Numbered from the whole stretch's first letter, positions 12,540 through 26,009 are shown. The stretch: DNA of 63,554 bases, filler included, from Hausera hauseri (GCA_046269625.1; 13 parts of 13 records of this genome joined end to end with filler, not necessarily neighbours in it); one strand, 5' to 3'. Made by a program: numbers and translations. Notes: generated by a model from the sequence alone, not told the origin.

Positions 12540-13268
12540 TTGATCCCCACCTGTTCTAGTGCGCCGTTTAGTCTGCATGTAACCAGGCATTTGCTACTTG
12601 GAGCGACTCGATACCGGTGCGGCAGGGGTTTGGTTTCGTATTATCGTACATTCCGTTTCCGGAAGTATAGGAGTTGGGGTAATGTTTGTTTCAGTTTGGA
12701 CCGTAGTTGGGTTTCATGCTACGGGAGTGTCCATATTGAATGGGTCAACCTTCTCGTAGTTTTGTCGAGGCTTGTCTGTTTCTGACATGCTGAGTATGTT
12801 TTGTTCTATCAGATCTTCGATATCGGAATCGTGATAACCGAATGCTGGTTTTACGTTCGACAAGTGGACTATATGTTCTTCGTTGTCGCGCAGTATTTTG
12901 GCGTTGTGCTCATTGATTTCAATGAGCTTGTAAGGGCCCAAATAGTACGGTTCAAAACCGTGTCTTTGTTGATTTTTGAGCCTGACAAAAGATGCATCCC
13001 GTAGGTTCTTGAGCATGATTTGTTTTTTATGATTTTTGTGGAATGCGGAGTTCGTGTCTATTGACAGGAAACGCTTCCGGGCTTGGTTGAGATCAGGAAT
13101 TGAAGTTACTTCCTCGTTGCTCACCAAATTTTGTGGAAATGTAAGGTGGGCACCAAATAATAGCTGTGCCGGAGAGGCATCAGTGCTAGTTTTGGGAGTG
13201 TTTCTCCATCCTAATAGCACGATGGGTAAAGCATCCAGCCAATTCTTGTTTTCGTGGCATAGGATGCG
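12540..13268 (-). mobile_element. Ty3/Gypsy integrase C-terminus with possible PPT
   Basis: WLDALPIVLLGWRNTP..SPAQLLFG; FEPYYLGPYKL (GPY); ggtgggga purine tract near 12545; same lineage as the multi-copy family. Confidence 0.88.
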
Positions 13269-13368
13269 NNNNNNNNNNNNNNNNNNNNNNNNNNNNNNNN
13301 NNNNNNNNNNNNTTAATTAATTAANNNNNNNNNNNNNNNNNNNNNNNNNNNNNNNNNNNNNNNNNNNN

Positions 13369-14264
13369 ACAACCTTTTAAGAACTCTTCAGAGACAGAAA
13401 TGAACTCACTAGCAAAGGGGCAAAAAATTTTTTTTTCGTTTGCAAGAAGGCGCAATTCAAAATTGCAAGACATTTTAAAACTCATGAGAAATAAGACCCA
13501 GATGTTGTCAAAGCTCTCAGTTTCCCCTCTGGTTCAAAAACGAGAAAGGATTTGCTGGAACAACTATGAAGCAAGGGAAGCTTTATCTATAACATCGGTG
13601 TTTTGAAAAAGGGAAGAGGTGCACTTAAAGTGAAGCGAGCAGCTAAAAGTGAAAAGAAATATGGAGTATTGCATCCACTGCAAGGGAATGTTCCTCCAAA
13701 AAGAGTTGTGGAGGCACATGAGAAGATGTTCCTGCAAGACAGAGGAAGAAGAACACACTGGTAAAAAGCGAGTGCTTAGCTTGGCAGCCATAATCAAGTC
13801 AGGTGGTTTAGGAACTGTTGAAAATGATGTCCTGAAAATGTTAAGTCACATGCAGGATGATGAGATTGCACGTGTGGTTCGTAATGACTTTTGCCTTTTG
13901 GGATTTGTGGAGTCAATATACAGCAAACATGGACATGATCCTTCAAAACATGAGTATAGTCGCCAGAGATCACATGAGCTTGGAAGATTTTTACAAGCTC
14001 TACGATAGAACTCCTCCATTCTGACCCTTGAGGAAGCTATAAGACCTGAAAATTTCTTGACCGTAATTGAGGGAGTGAAAGAAACAGCAGGCTTTGACAA
14101 AACACAAAACAGCTACAAAACTCCAAGTCTTGCGTTAAAAATTGGACACTCTCTTTTGAAGGTTAGTGACATGATTCACTGCCATGGTCTAATGGCTGGA
14201 GATGAAGATCTAATCAGGCCATCAACGGCATTCCAAAAACTGTATCATTCTAAGTGGTCTGAAT
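13369..14264 (+). pseudogene. Fragment of a fish-type repeated protein family usually linked to tyrosine-recombinase/SET ORFs (catalytic part absent here)
   Basis: YCIHCKGMF..LWRHMRRC; ELGRFL; YKTPSLALKIGHSLLK; KLYHSKWSE; frameshifts and stops; family recalled, not searched. Confidence 0.55.
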
Positions 14265-15150
14265 TAGGGATGCTCCGATCAGGTTTTATCAAGCCGATCA
14301 CCTATGAGTGCCGATCACTGCCGATCACTGATACCGATCATATGGATTGACTGTCAGTTAGTTAATATGATACTTTATTTTCAGCTTGTGACGCACATCT
14401 GAATGGGAGGAGCGTCTTTGTTTTTTTCCGGTCAGTCTTAATGGTGGATGAAATAAAGGCAAAATAAAGAAAATTGCTTTGCTTTATTAACTTTAGAGCA
14501 AGCGAATGTTGCATTTACAAGATAATTAATTCACCAGATAATTTAGAGGCAGATTGTTCGGTTAGTTTTACCACTCCAGAGCTCCGACATGACAAACTAC
14601 TTTTTTTGTCCCAAACCCTCCGCGGTCAGTTTAACAAGCTGCTGACCCGCATCGGTGCTGATATTTCCTGCCAGAACACAACTACAGACGGTCCAGTTCA
14701 GCTAAAGAGCTGTCCGTCTGTTTCAGGTTAGCAGAAAACATTCAGGAAACAAGCCTGGAAAATCCTTGAGCAGCCTTGCGTGCCGCTCAAGGCGGAGCTG
14801 CCGCGCCGCAAGACCCCTAGAGGCGCGTCCACCATTGACTTTTTATCTAAACTGGCTGCTCCTGCAGCTCCAAACACGTTTGGTGTGAAACCACAGACGG
14901 TGAAAAACTTCCAGGCGGGCGACATGTTTGTTTATGATTTGCTCCCTCTACGCGCCTGCGCACTTTCTTCCCCCTTACGAGGGAGACTGAGAGCGGGCTG
15001 AAAGGGGGAGGGGGACACTACACTGAATGCAGCTACACCTCTGCTGTTTGTGATCGGCTATGGAAGGCAATTATCGGAAACGCCGATCACGTACATTTTC
15101 ATGAAAATCGGCCGATATTGATCGGTGGCCGATCGATCGGAACACCACTA
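14265..15150. mobile_element. Non-autonomous hAT (Ac-type) element interrupting the ORF
   Basis: Imperfect TIRs TAGGGATGCTCCGATC...GATCGGAACACCACTA; subterminal CCGATC/GATCGG repeats; no clean 8-bp TSD. Confidence 0.75.
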
Positions 15151-15859
15151 GTATTCAGATTTTCAAACTATTTAATATAATCTTTCAAAGCATTAAAACT
15201 CATTATTAAAGATGCTCATCAGGATCTAAGTGTTTCTGTCAGTCTGTGATGTGTTGGAGGTGAGATCAGGCCTAATATACATTCTGGGTAAGATTGGGTG
15301 AATGGCTTCACTGTCCCTCCCACTGCCCTTCACCTCATTGATTTACTATTATACTTTCTCCAAGGTAAGAGAGAGTCCATTAAAGGGAACCTTCTATGTG
15401 TCTATGCATAATGAAGCCTGCTGTATGTATGTGTGTCCGAGTGTGTGAGCATCCATGTGGGAGCTGATAGAAACCTTACATCTGCACTCGTACGGTCATG
15501 AATCAGTGGCACGTTGGCCGTTAATGTAAAATCAATGCTCCAAATTAACCACAGGAACCCTATCCCTGGTTTTTCAACTCTTTCTTGGACAGAACATTGG
15601 CCTTGGGCTGAGTGAAGCAAAAAAAAACACATGCTGCTCGATTCAGAGTCTACAGCGCAGACTGGAGATAAGTGTGATTTTCAAATAATCAAAGTCTAGT
15701 TAAAATGTATTCAAATAATTAATGTGCTCAGCATGGCTGTCATTTTGGGGGTTTTATTCCGTTGGGGTGTTTCGTTTGACAAAAAAACACTGTCTGCCTC
15801 CACTCCTGGAAAAACAAATAAATAAAAAGAAACATATTTCTGCCATCGTAGTTTGTTTT

Positions 15860-16050
15860 AATAATAATAATAATAATAATATTTACTTTATTCATTTTCA
15901 TTTTAAAAAACATTCACATACAAAAAAAAATGCAAATCAAACAAAAATGAAAGGTAGCAGAAGAAGAAAAAAATCTTATAATATCTGCCCCTATTTAAAA
16001 ATAATAATGATAATAAAATAAAATAATAATGATAATAATAATAATAATAT
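15860..16050. repeat. (AAT)n / A-rich microsatellite tail at the LINE 3' end
   Basis: ataataataataataataat runs at 15861-15880 and 16000-16048. Confidence 0.75.
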
Positions 16051-16137
16051 CAATTTCAAAACGGTAATAATCACATAAAATCAAACAAAACAAAAACGAA
16101 AATTCAATTCCTTTAACAGTAACTCTTACAATACAAA

Positions 16138-17759
16138 TTATACAAATTCATAGTTCTTTAACAAATGAACCTTTATCATTCTCTTAAACGAATTAACAGA
16201 AACAGCATTTTTATAATCATTATCCAGATTATTCCATAATCTTATTCCTCTGACTGAAGTACATCTGTCCTTCAAGTTTGTTCTAATTTTGGGTTTTACG
16301 AATAGTTCTAGTCCCTTGAGATTATAATTACTTATTCTCTTAACAAAATTTAATTGAATATTCATAGGTAATATATTTTTATGAGCCCTATACATAATCT
16401 GCAAAATATAATAATCAACCAACTCATATAATTTTAACAATCCCAATTGATGAAATAATATATTTGATGGGTGATAGTAATGTTTCCTTGTGATAATTCT
16501 TACTGCTCTTTTCTGCAAAATAAAAATAGGATTAGTAATTGTTTTACATGCATTCCCCCAGACTTCTATACAATAAATCAAATGTGGAACAATTATTGCA
16601 TTATATAATATAAATAGTGCTTTATCATTAAATATGTCCTTTACTTTATACAGTACTGCAATAGATCTTGATATTTTTGTTCTTAAATAATCTATATGAG
16701 CTCTCCATGTTAACTTTTCATCGATGATGACACCCAGAAACTTCACCTCACTGACTCTACAGATCTCAATACCATCAACTTTAAATGAACCATTGACTGT
16801 TCTCTTTTTATTACTGAATATCATATAATTAGTTTTATCTATATTTAACGATAATTTATTAACTTTAAACCAAGTTTGTATTTTTACAAATTCCGTCTGC
16901 ATCATCTCCAACATCTGTTCTATGTCTTCACCCAAACAAAAAAATGTAGTGTCATCAGCAAATAAAACACATTTAAACAACCCCGACACATTCACCAAGT
17001 CATTCACATATAAAATAAATAACTTTGGTCCAAGAACAGAACCCTGCGGAACCCCACATGTGATACCACAGAGTTCAGATCTTGCATCATTTATTTGAAC
17101 AAACTGTTTCCTGTTTGATAAATAACTTGATACCCACTGTAGTACTGGGCCTCTTACACCATATTTGTTCAATTTTTCAAGGAGAATATTGTGATCAATG
17201 GTGTCGAATGCTTTCTTTAAATCCACATAAATACTGACACAGCACTGTTTTTGATCAACAGCTGTTGTTATTTGTTCAACCAAGTCCATGAGAGCCATTG
17301 ATGTAGATTTATTTGCTCTAAAACCATATTGATTGTTATTTAAAATATTTTGTTTATCAATGAACTGATCTAATCTGGTCACGAACAGTTTTTCCAAAAT
17401 TTTTGAAAACTGTGGTAACAGGGATATTGGTCTGTAGTTTGTAAACATATATTTTTCACCACTCTTATAGAGAGGGATTACTTTGGCTGTCTTCATGTTA
17501 TCTGGAAATATTCCAGTTGAAAATGATAAATTACATATATATGTAAACGGCTCAATAACACAACCCATTATTTCCTTCACAAACATCATGTCCATGTCAA
17601 CCCAGTCTTTAGATCTTTTGTTAGCAAAATTTTTTACAATATTCATAATTTCTTCTTTGTCAGTTCCATCAAGAAAAATACTTTCTGTACAACCCATCAC
17701 TGTATGACTTACAGTCTTATCTACTTTTGGTATTTTAGCTGCAAGACTTGGGCCAACAT
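16138..17759 (-). mobile_element. Non-LTR retrotransposon RT (CR1/L2/Crack group), open frame, cut at the 5' side by an LTR insertion
   Basis: KTAKVIPLYK, NYRPISLLP, DLKKAFDTIDH, GVPQGSVLGP, FADDT, KFLGVIID. Confidence 0.95.
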
Positions 17760-18442
17760 TGTTATGTGCCCAGGGCACATTGGTAGTTTGTTTTTCTTTG
17801 AGACATGTTGTGGGTTGATTACCCTTGGTTGGTTGCAGCTGTGGCAAGCTCTACCTGTCTATGAAGAGGCCGGCCTGAGCAGCAGCTCTCTCTCTCTCTC
17901 TCTAGCACTCACACTCTGGCTGGGTCCTGGCTGTTCTGGTCTCTGCCTCCAGATTGGGCCTGATCACTCCATGTTCCCTGAGGTGGTAAGCTGCAGCCTC
18001 ATGGCTTTTTTTTGACCTGCAACTCCTTGGGGTTTCTCTACTTTTTTTTTGTTGTCCTTTTTTTTTTCTGGTGAGACTGGTAGTCCTGTTTTCGTTCCTT
18101 TTATGTTATAATAGGATATAGTTGGGGGTTACCGTTAGACAGGTATTAGCAGAGGCTTCGACGGCCCTGTACAGGGTTGGCCCTCTGCTAGACCTTTTTG
18201 TTCTTTTTGGCTGGCTCACCAGATCCTCCTTTTGTTTTGTTTGAACTTGGGGTTTTTTTCTTTTTGTTTTTTTAGGACACGGGAAGTGAGGGTTAACTTC
18301 TGTCTTTTGTGTTCCAGATGCTGAGCGACCCAAGGCTCAGATCCCGTTAAATCCTTGAAAAAGGAACAATAAATTGAATGTTTGAACCCTCAAAACTTGA
18401 CTCGTGTCCCTAAATGTGTTGTGGCCTCTCGGGGACGTAACA
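17760..18442 (+). mobile_element. 5' LTR (683 bp) of a Gmr1-like Gypsy element
   Basis: TGTTATGT...ACGTAACA inverted termini; AATAAA at ~18368; begins where LINE homology stops. Confidence 0.8.
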
Positions 18443-18448
18443 TATTTA

Positions 18449-18460
18449 TGGGGGCTCGTT
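18449..18460 (+). promoter_or_regulatory. Primer-binding site complementary to the tRNA-Pro 3' end
   Basis: TGGGGGCTCGT a few nt after the LTR end; canonical Pro PBS is TGGGGGCTCGTCC. Confidence 0.8.
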
Positions 18461-18744
18461 CAAACTAAGGCACTCCTAGCAGGTAAAATGTTTGTGTAAG
18501 CTGTTTAATAGGTCACGTCATAAAATGTGTAGATTATGGAAGAGTAAAATATTTATGGAGGCTTGTTTAAGCTCAATGTACTGTTAAGGAAACTCAAGTT
18601 CTGAATATTGTGTGGAAGTGTTGGTCTTGCGGTGTGTTAGTGCAGCTGTAGGGCCTTAAGAAGCTTAATTGGACGTTTGGGTGTGGTAATCAGTAGCTTT
18701 GTAGGTGCATTGATTTGTTTGTGGGACTTGAATTCAGGCTGAAT

Positions 18745-19056
18745 ATGGAGTTTAACCTGGATAAGTTTGTTGAGGTGCCCACTTTAGAGGTTTTGTGTAA
18801 ATGCACGAGGGATCAGTTGTTGTTAATAGCCGACCATTTTGATGTTACAGTGTCTAAACGTGCTAAAAGAGGCGTTATTCAGACTGAGTTGGTTACAGCA
18901 CTGGTTCAAATTGGGATTTTTCCTGATACAACCGTACCACCAAGTCCTGAGGAGTCACCAGCTTTATTGCCAGGTGAGGCTATTCGTTTAAAGGAACTTG
19001 ACCTTGAATTAGGACGACTGGCTTATGAGCAGAGAAGAATGGAAGGACAGCTAGCT
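18745..19056 (+). CDS. gag: gag N-terminus of a fish Gmr1-like LTR retrotransposon (truncated)
   Basis: MEFNLDKFVEVPTLEVLCKCTRDQLLLIADHF, then coiled-coil RLKELDLEL; follows LTR and PBS. Confidence 0.75.
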
Positions 19057-19156
19057 NNNNNNNNNNNNNNNNNNNNNNNNNNNNNNNNNNNNNNNNNNNN
19101 TTAATTAATTAANNNNNNNNNNNNNNNNNNNNNNNNNNNNNNNNNNNNNNNNNNNN

Positions 19157-21914
19157 TTTATGTACAAAGTGTAGTGTACCAAGGAAGCTGCGCATTTCAG
19201 TGGTGGTACGTGGTAACTGGATATTCTTAAGGGCTTCAACTCGGTCTGGTTGGGGAGAGTGGCCATCTGGTAAAATAACGTGGCCCAAAAAATTGATGAG
19301 CTTTTTGAAGAAATGGCATTTGTCAAAATTGACTTGTAGATTATGGTGATTAAGGCGTTGGAATATTGCGCGGTGATGTTCCTAATGTTGTTTGGCTGAA
19401 GAAGAAACGACCGTAATATCATCGATGTAAGGGTGCACAAACGGGAAATCTGAGAGAATTGAGTCAATATGTCGCTGAAAATTTTTTGCGGCATTTCGCA
19501 AACCGAATGGCATAAACAGGTACTCGTAGAGACCAAAAGGGGTAGTGACAGCAGTCTTTTCTATGTTTTCGGCTGCCACGGTTATTTGGTGATAAGCTTT
19601 GGCCAAATCGATGGTCGAATAAATTGCAGTTGAATTAAGGCGATGCAAGATATTCTTGCTGCGTGGCAGGGAGTGCGCATCCATGTAGTCAAGTTGTTCA
19701 ACTGTTGGTAGTCACCACATGGTATAAAAGTTCCGTCCTTTTTTATACGACGTGTAAAGCTGAGGACCAAGGAGATTTGGAACGGCGTACAATGCGGAGC
19801 GTTATAATTGAAGAAATTCGACTTCTACGACCTACCTACGATGAGGTGACAGTGGTCGTACCTTTTGGCGTATTGGTCGTTGATGCTGTGTAATTATGTG
19901 ATGTAAAGTACCGTTTGTAGGAGTAAATGTACGATCCTTGTTAAGTACGCGTGGACATGGTGTATTGACGAATTGCTGCAAACTTGTAGGCAATTGTGAG
20001 AGATTCTGTGATGATGGTGAAGCAGCTTGAATGGTAGCGGATGTAATTTGTGAATTGTTTGCTGATGTAAAGTCGATTGGTATTTGGTGCAAAACGGCTG
20101 AATTGAAAATGGTGTAGGATGAAGTGATTTCGTCGAGTGAGTTAACGTTGTTGACAGTATCACAAGTAGCGACATCTAACTTCGACTGAATATCGATGTT
20201 ATTATTTAAAAATTTACGAAATGAAATGTAATCGGTACTGAAATTCGAATTAATTTGTGATTTTCTCAAGTTTGATCTCCGCATCCAGATCGACTGCGCG
20301 GTAGTCGAAATGCTATTTATGTGCTTACTAACGCTGCCAGTGGTGCCACTTCTCAGACATCGTTTATTGCAGTCGACCAATAAATTATAATGTGATAAAA
20401 AATCAGAACCTAGAATTGCAGTCTAGACATTAGCAACTATGAACGACCAGTGGAAAGGTAAAGGAAATTTTGGTAAGATAAAAGATAGTTTAGCCATGCC
20501 AGAAATGTGCAACGGTTGACCCGAAGCGGTGTATAAGGACTTGATTTTGAATGGCGAATTTTTGACAGGAAAAGTTTGTGGCAATAAAGAAATCGCTGCA
20601 CCTGTATCAATGAGGAAGTCAACGGATTGCGTTGTAGGGGCAGTGATTGCAGCCTTTAGAGTAAAGACCGCAAAAGAGACTTGTCGGCATTCAGAAGGTA
20701 AAGCAGTGCCTTTGCCAGAGTTTGCCGTGACGTCTGGCGGCAAATTTAATCTTTTTGAATAGGCGAACTAGGACGACTATTAGAAGGAAAGGTAGCACGT
20801 TCGTTGTTCATATCTGTTTGGAAAGTAGAGCCTGGAGTGCATTTACCATGCTTGATTTTTAAACTTTGCGTGGTAGATGCAAACAATGGTGTCCGAAAAA
20901 AATCTTTTATTCTAAAATTTTCACCGTAGGCAGCATTTTTTGACACTTTTATTGAATGTGCTGCGATAATAGCAGATAGACGACCGTGAAGGCGATGGTA
21001 ACTGGTTTCTATGTACAGAATTGGCGCGATCAGCGTCAAAATTTCTTCGGCGGGACAGCGAAAGTTCATTTAATTTATTATTAATATTGTTAATTGTTGC
21101 GTGCAGTGCTGTATTTTCAGCACGTAGCTGATTGAGCTGGTGTTCTATCGATGCATTATTGCTGTGAATACCGTTTGCAGCTACTGTTGCCGAAACGATT
21201 GGTGAGGAGTTTAAGTGTAGAACGTCGTGTGTCTTGTCGGCTAATTCGGCCAATTTTTCAAGAGTTGTGGAGTCCCCCACGACGGTAAGTAGGGCCCGAA
21301 TTTGGATAGGCAACGCGTTAAGGAAGTAGTGACGAAGCAGTTCTGGATTATGTTCTTTCGTGACGCCGATGGATTGTAGGTGTGTCAAAGAAATACGTAG
21401 AAAGTCTGATGGTTGTTGTGCACCTATGGCGTTGTTGTGAAAGAAGCGTTGTATGATAGAGTCCATTGAGGGTTCTGTTACCTTAAGAACGGCGTTGAAG
21501 AGTTGTGAATACGGATCAGGTAGTTCGAAGATTTCAATGATGTTATGGATTCGAGTTTTTATATTGTTAGGGTGTGAAAAAAAGAGGTTTTGTGCTTTAG
21601 TTAAGAAATCGGTAACGTTGTTTGCTTGTAGCCACAGTTGGTGAAATTGCAACCAAGTTTTGCTAGAGCTTTGGTTGTCGATAAAGAATTCAGTGCAGTG
21701 AGGGAAAGGAGTGGAAGGCGTAGGGATTGAAGGGTTATTAGCAGAAGTAGTAGTGGACTTTGGTTTCATGGTGGCTTTATCCGTGGTGTCTATGGTTGGC
21801 GATGAATTCATACCGCCACGGATGCGGAAGTGTATATGGACGTGGATATAAGGCGAAGAAGGGTTTAGGGTCCCAGAGATAGGTACTTTAGAGCCACAAA
21901 TTTCGGGGTTACCA
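19157..21914 (-). mobile_element. Gypsy family A copy 1: Ubl tail (RIRGG)-gag-protease-RT, disrupted
   Basis: IHFRIRGG at 21812-21835 before gag ATG 21811; PSDFLR, LNALP, LAELADK, ICYYR; FLIDTGA protease; CGDY, MPFGLRNA, YIDD; PBS-like TGGTAACCCCGA at 21903-21914 (1 mismatch to tRNA-Trp PBS). Confidence 0.93.
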
Positions 21915-21919
21915 CAACC

Positions 21920-23205
21920 CCGCCGATGAATTTGGCTGGAGAAACAGCGGCAATCATATGTGTTTTCAGTTTCATGTTTGGTGTAATTTTCTTTTTAAGT
22001 TTTTTATTGGAATCCAATAGATTATGAGCATAGAATTGTGGTTGTCTAAAAGCTTTTTTACTCAGTACTATAATGGCAGATTTATAACTATTATCAATAA
22101 GGGTGACAGATTCAAACGTGGTTGATGTCGTAGGGATGTTTGCACCAACCGCTACCTTGTTAACTTTACTTAGTGATCTTTGAGGGTTAATAGTAATCAT
22201 TAAATTTAATAGAGTCATTAGGCTATTTAGAGCCATGATAAATTCACGGGTTCCTTACGTTGAAACATTTGAGAATTAAACCGTATACTGCTTTACTTTT
22301 CCGGAACTAAAGAGGACTACAACTAAATCGGATGTTGTGTCGATTGTAACTGCTGAATTATGTGTAAATTTGATATGTTTGAAGGAATCATTATACACGG
22401 TAGAAGGACTTATTAAGGTACAACCCGAATAATCAGTAGCAAAATCGGAACCTGACGGAGTTTTTTTATTAATAAATTGGGAACGATAATGGTTATTGTG
22501 TTTCGACAAATTAACTCCATGGTGCCGGCAACAAAATCAAACAATTAAACGCCGTGATCGTACTTAGCCGTTGTAAAAGCAAAAACGAATTTGTAACTCA
22601 ACGATGATAATTTTGCCTTTATTGTAATGGGGTAAATGGCGAATTGGTGAATCATCTGCATAGTTTCTCTTCCAAGTTCGGAACATTTCTGTAAACACAT
22701 TCTTAAACATGTTCAATATAAAATATACAAGGACTTTGGTGTACTCTGTTCGACGATATATTAAGTACAAATGTTGTCCGTCTTTGGAAATCAGTGTTAT
22801 AGCTATTTGGATATTTGCTGAATCATTTTCGTGATGTCGCAACGAATGAACTAAAATACGTTTGTCGTAAATTGCAAGATACTGTGAGTTGGATACATAG
22901 GGAAATAATTTGTTACGATGGGCATTGTAACGAAAAACACCGTGTTCATAACAAGCAACATCGATACTACTAGACCGTATTTCAGGATCGTTGTCAGATA
23001 AAGATGTACTGGATACGAAACTTCTATCATCGCCTTTTACATTTGGTGGTAAAACAACTAACTGTAACTCAACTGCAGACAAATCAGTTATGAAAAAATG
23101 GTGTAAAAATTCAATATTCGAACAGTACACAAACACCAACATTACCTCGTTATGCAACACATCGTCACGCTGTAAAGGTTGCCGGAAAATATCGAAAATG
23201 TCCAT
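21920..23205 (-). CDS. Divergent, probably intron-containing host gene; weak resemblance to DCAF17
   Basis: Consecutive minus ORFs; ACYEHGVFRYNAHR ~ IAYERGRIYFDNYR and LVVVLFSSGKVKQY ~ ILIVMYSSGLVRLY; unverified. Confidence 0.35.
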
Positions 23206-24205
23206 ATCAGAGCGCCGGGAAATATCTGGATTAATCTTCTGACACTATTGTTATCAGTCGTGTCACTTTTCACTTCAAAAACGTGTCATCAAACGTCTGA
23301 ATGAAATTTGTAACGACAAAAACATTCCAACCGATGCTGAAAAAACTTATGCCATTAATTCGAATGACCGTCCACGAAAACTCCTCGACACAAATACATT
23401 ATCGTAAAGAGAGAATTAATTAAAATAATCCACGAAAAAATGATATCTTCGTTCAGCAAATTGATATTGTCCATAATGATTATGGTTGTAGTGACTATTT
23501 AAATAACTAAACTCATTAGACCGGGTACAATTTTACTAATTTCATAACAATTTAGTTTTCGACAAAATGACGTTTAGTCTTTGTGAATGAGTGGTTGAAG
23601 TTCATACATTTTGGAAATATTTCACTAGTTAATGATCATCTCTCAGATGGTGGTAGGTATTTCAGCCCTAATCTGACAGTTTTTGTAGTTATTTAGTGAA
23701 CAATCATGAAATGTCCATAATTTCCTCACCGAGTTCAGTATTCATGCAGATAAAAACTGGATAGAAGCGACTAGCTTAGGAGAAAAATCAACAGTTGTGC
23801 ATAAACAACAAACTTGACCAAACGGTTCTGTTAACGCAGCATGTGGAGCGTTTACCGCCTCGCTTCAGCCGCCGGGCTAATGAGCTCTTATTTAGCCATC
23901 AGCCCCGTTAGCTGCTGTCAGCTGCGTTTCAGCTCAGATGTTCAGACTTCGCTGCTCCATTGATGAAACGGCTGACGGATAAGAGAGATGTTGATGTGGA
24001 AGGAAGAGGAATAAATTCACAGAGATACATATTTAGTCAATAATTTAGCAGCAAAAANNNNNNNNNNNNNNNNNNNNNNNNNNNNNNNNNNNNNNNNNNN
24101 NTTAATTAATTAANNNNNNNNNNNNNNNNNNNNNNNNNNNNNNNNNNNNNNNNNNNNATGCAGGTGAAGATTGTTCAGAATCTGTAAGTCAAACATTGGT
24201 AAGTT

Positions 24206-24432
24206 TAGCCATGAAAGAAGCTGTTTCAGTGGGACAGCAGCCAGCATTTTCTGCTTTCAAGACCGTCTGACAAGACGAAAAAGGCCAATCAATCAGTTTC
24301 TTGGCATGTATCAAATTCTTACTTAATTTATCCGTATTATGTGTATGACTAATTGGTCTTTTTCGTCTTGTCGGACTGTTATCATAGAATTTAGGCTGCC
24401 ATCCTGCAGAACAGCTTCTTTCACGGCGGCTA
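24206..24432. repeat. Imperfect ~80-bp inverted repeat (MITE/foldback-like)
   Basis: tgaaagaagctgtt...gacaagacgaaaaaggccaat (24212-24289) pairs with attggtctttttcgtcttgtc...aacagcttctttca (24352-24423). Confidence 0.8.
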
Positions 24433-26009
24433 CATCTACTGCTGTTCGATTTACAAACACTAGATCAAGCGATTTTTGTTGCTACTTTTTCGTGATAAAT
24501 CTCACTTTTCCTTTGAATTCGCTGTCTTGTCCAAGCGTCCTTGCGTCTACACCTTTTGTCGTCCACTTTATCAAACAGTGAAGTATTGATTGGTGTAAAG
24601 CCGCACGCAGAAATGACTTACATTGCGAATGATTTATTGCAAGCTTTTCCCAGTTGTTAACAACAACAAACAAAAGTAATTCTCCATTGGTATTTTAAAT
24701 AAATCTTTACACATCATCTTTAGTCTGCCTTTTTAATTTGTCCCCTTGTCTTGTCTTGTCTTTGATCTGCAGTCATCGAGCGTTAACTCGTGCTAGCAGG
24801 TTTAGCTATTGTAATACCCCTGTTATCCTGAGTAATAAAAATATCTAAACCATATTTCAAAAAACACCCTTTTAAATACTTTTGAGACAACAAAATTCTG
24901 GGGAAGTTTAGGGTATACAGATTTGGTCCTCAGTGTGTTAATTTTTTTCCTGGCCATGTTACTGTGATTGGATACTTTACATGTTACGCAGACCATTTTA
25001 CAAAATTACTGATTTGAAATGTACACAAATAAACTGTAATGACATTTTTTGGAAGCAGCATTGGGTAATTATCTGTTATCACATAAGGAAAACACATAAC
25101 ATGAGGCAAACAATGAAACAAGCAAATATAAGTAATTGGGTACTCAAATGGCTTAAAGATTTTTTGTTTGTTTGTTTGGCATTTGGACAGGTCCACCTCG
25201 CAACTTGCATTTTCCTTCCTAAAGAGCACACGGGTACTAGGCAAGTTGCGAGGCTTATCCTTGTGGGGTCCTATCCTATTCGTTGCACAGCCGTTTTGAG
25301 TGCACCCTTCAGCTGGGGCTCCACATTTTCTGCTTTGCCCTTAGTGCCGTCTTCGGCACAGTCTAGGCTTTTCTAACTGAACCACCACCACGATAAAACA
25401 GGGACAATCAGTAGGAGCAGCCACAGATATATCCCCCGCTCAAGTGCAGAAAGAGGCGGCAGAGCCCTGCCTGTTTAAACAGGAAGTGCCGAGAGACCTG
25501 TAGGACTTCGTGAAGGTAGGGTTGCCTTGACTCACTCACCTAGCACCATCAGCCCTTACTCTCCTGGCTTAAACACCACACCAGACAAGTGAAATCTGTT
25601 AGGGTTAATAATAACACTTGCAGGCATATGGAATAGTTTCACTCATGACCTGCTCCACACCATTATCCAGCTACCCTTTCTTTCGGTCAAGTGCAGACGT
25701 TCTTCAGCAGGAAGGTAAGAAGAGTTTGGGCAAATGTGGGAGTCAGTTGATGTGAGACTGGATTTCTAAATAATTAAGTAAAAAAGTTTTAGAATCTAAC
25801 TGACTTGATGTACGAAATGGCAAGAGAGCAACAGTAACTTTACGCTGAAGCAATAATTTAAGTGCACAAAAATACAGGCAAAACTAACATTAGCTAGCTA
25901 TCATATTTATGACTTTCGTCCACATTGTATACAATGTACTGCAAAAGTCTGGACCAATAAGCACTTTATAAAAGAAATAAAGTTGAAGGCTGCTAAATAG
26001 CCACCCAGT

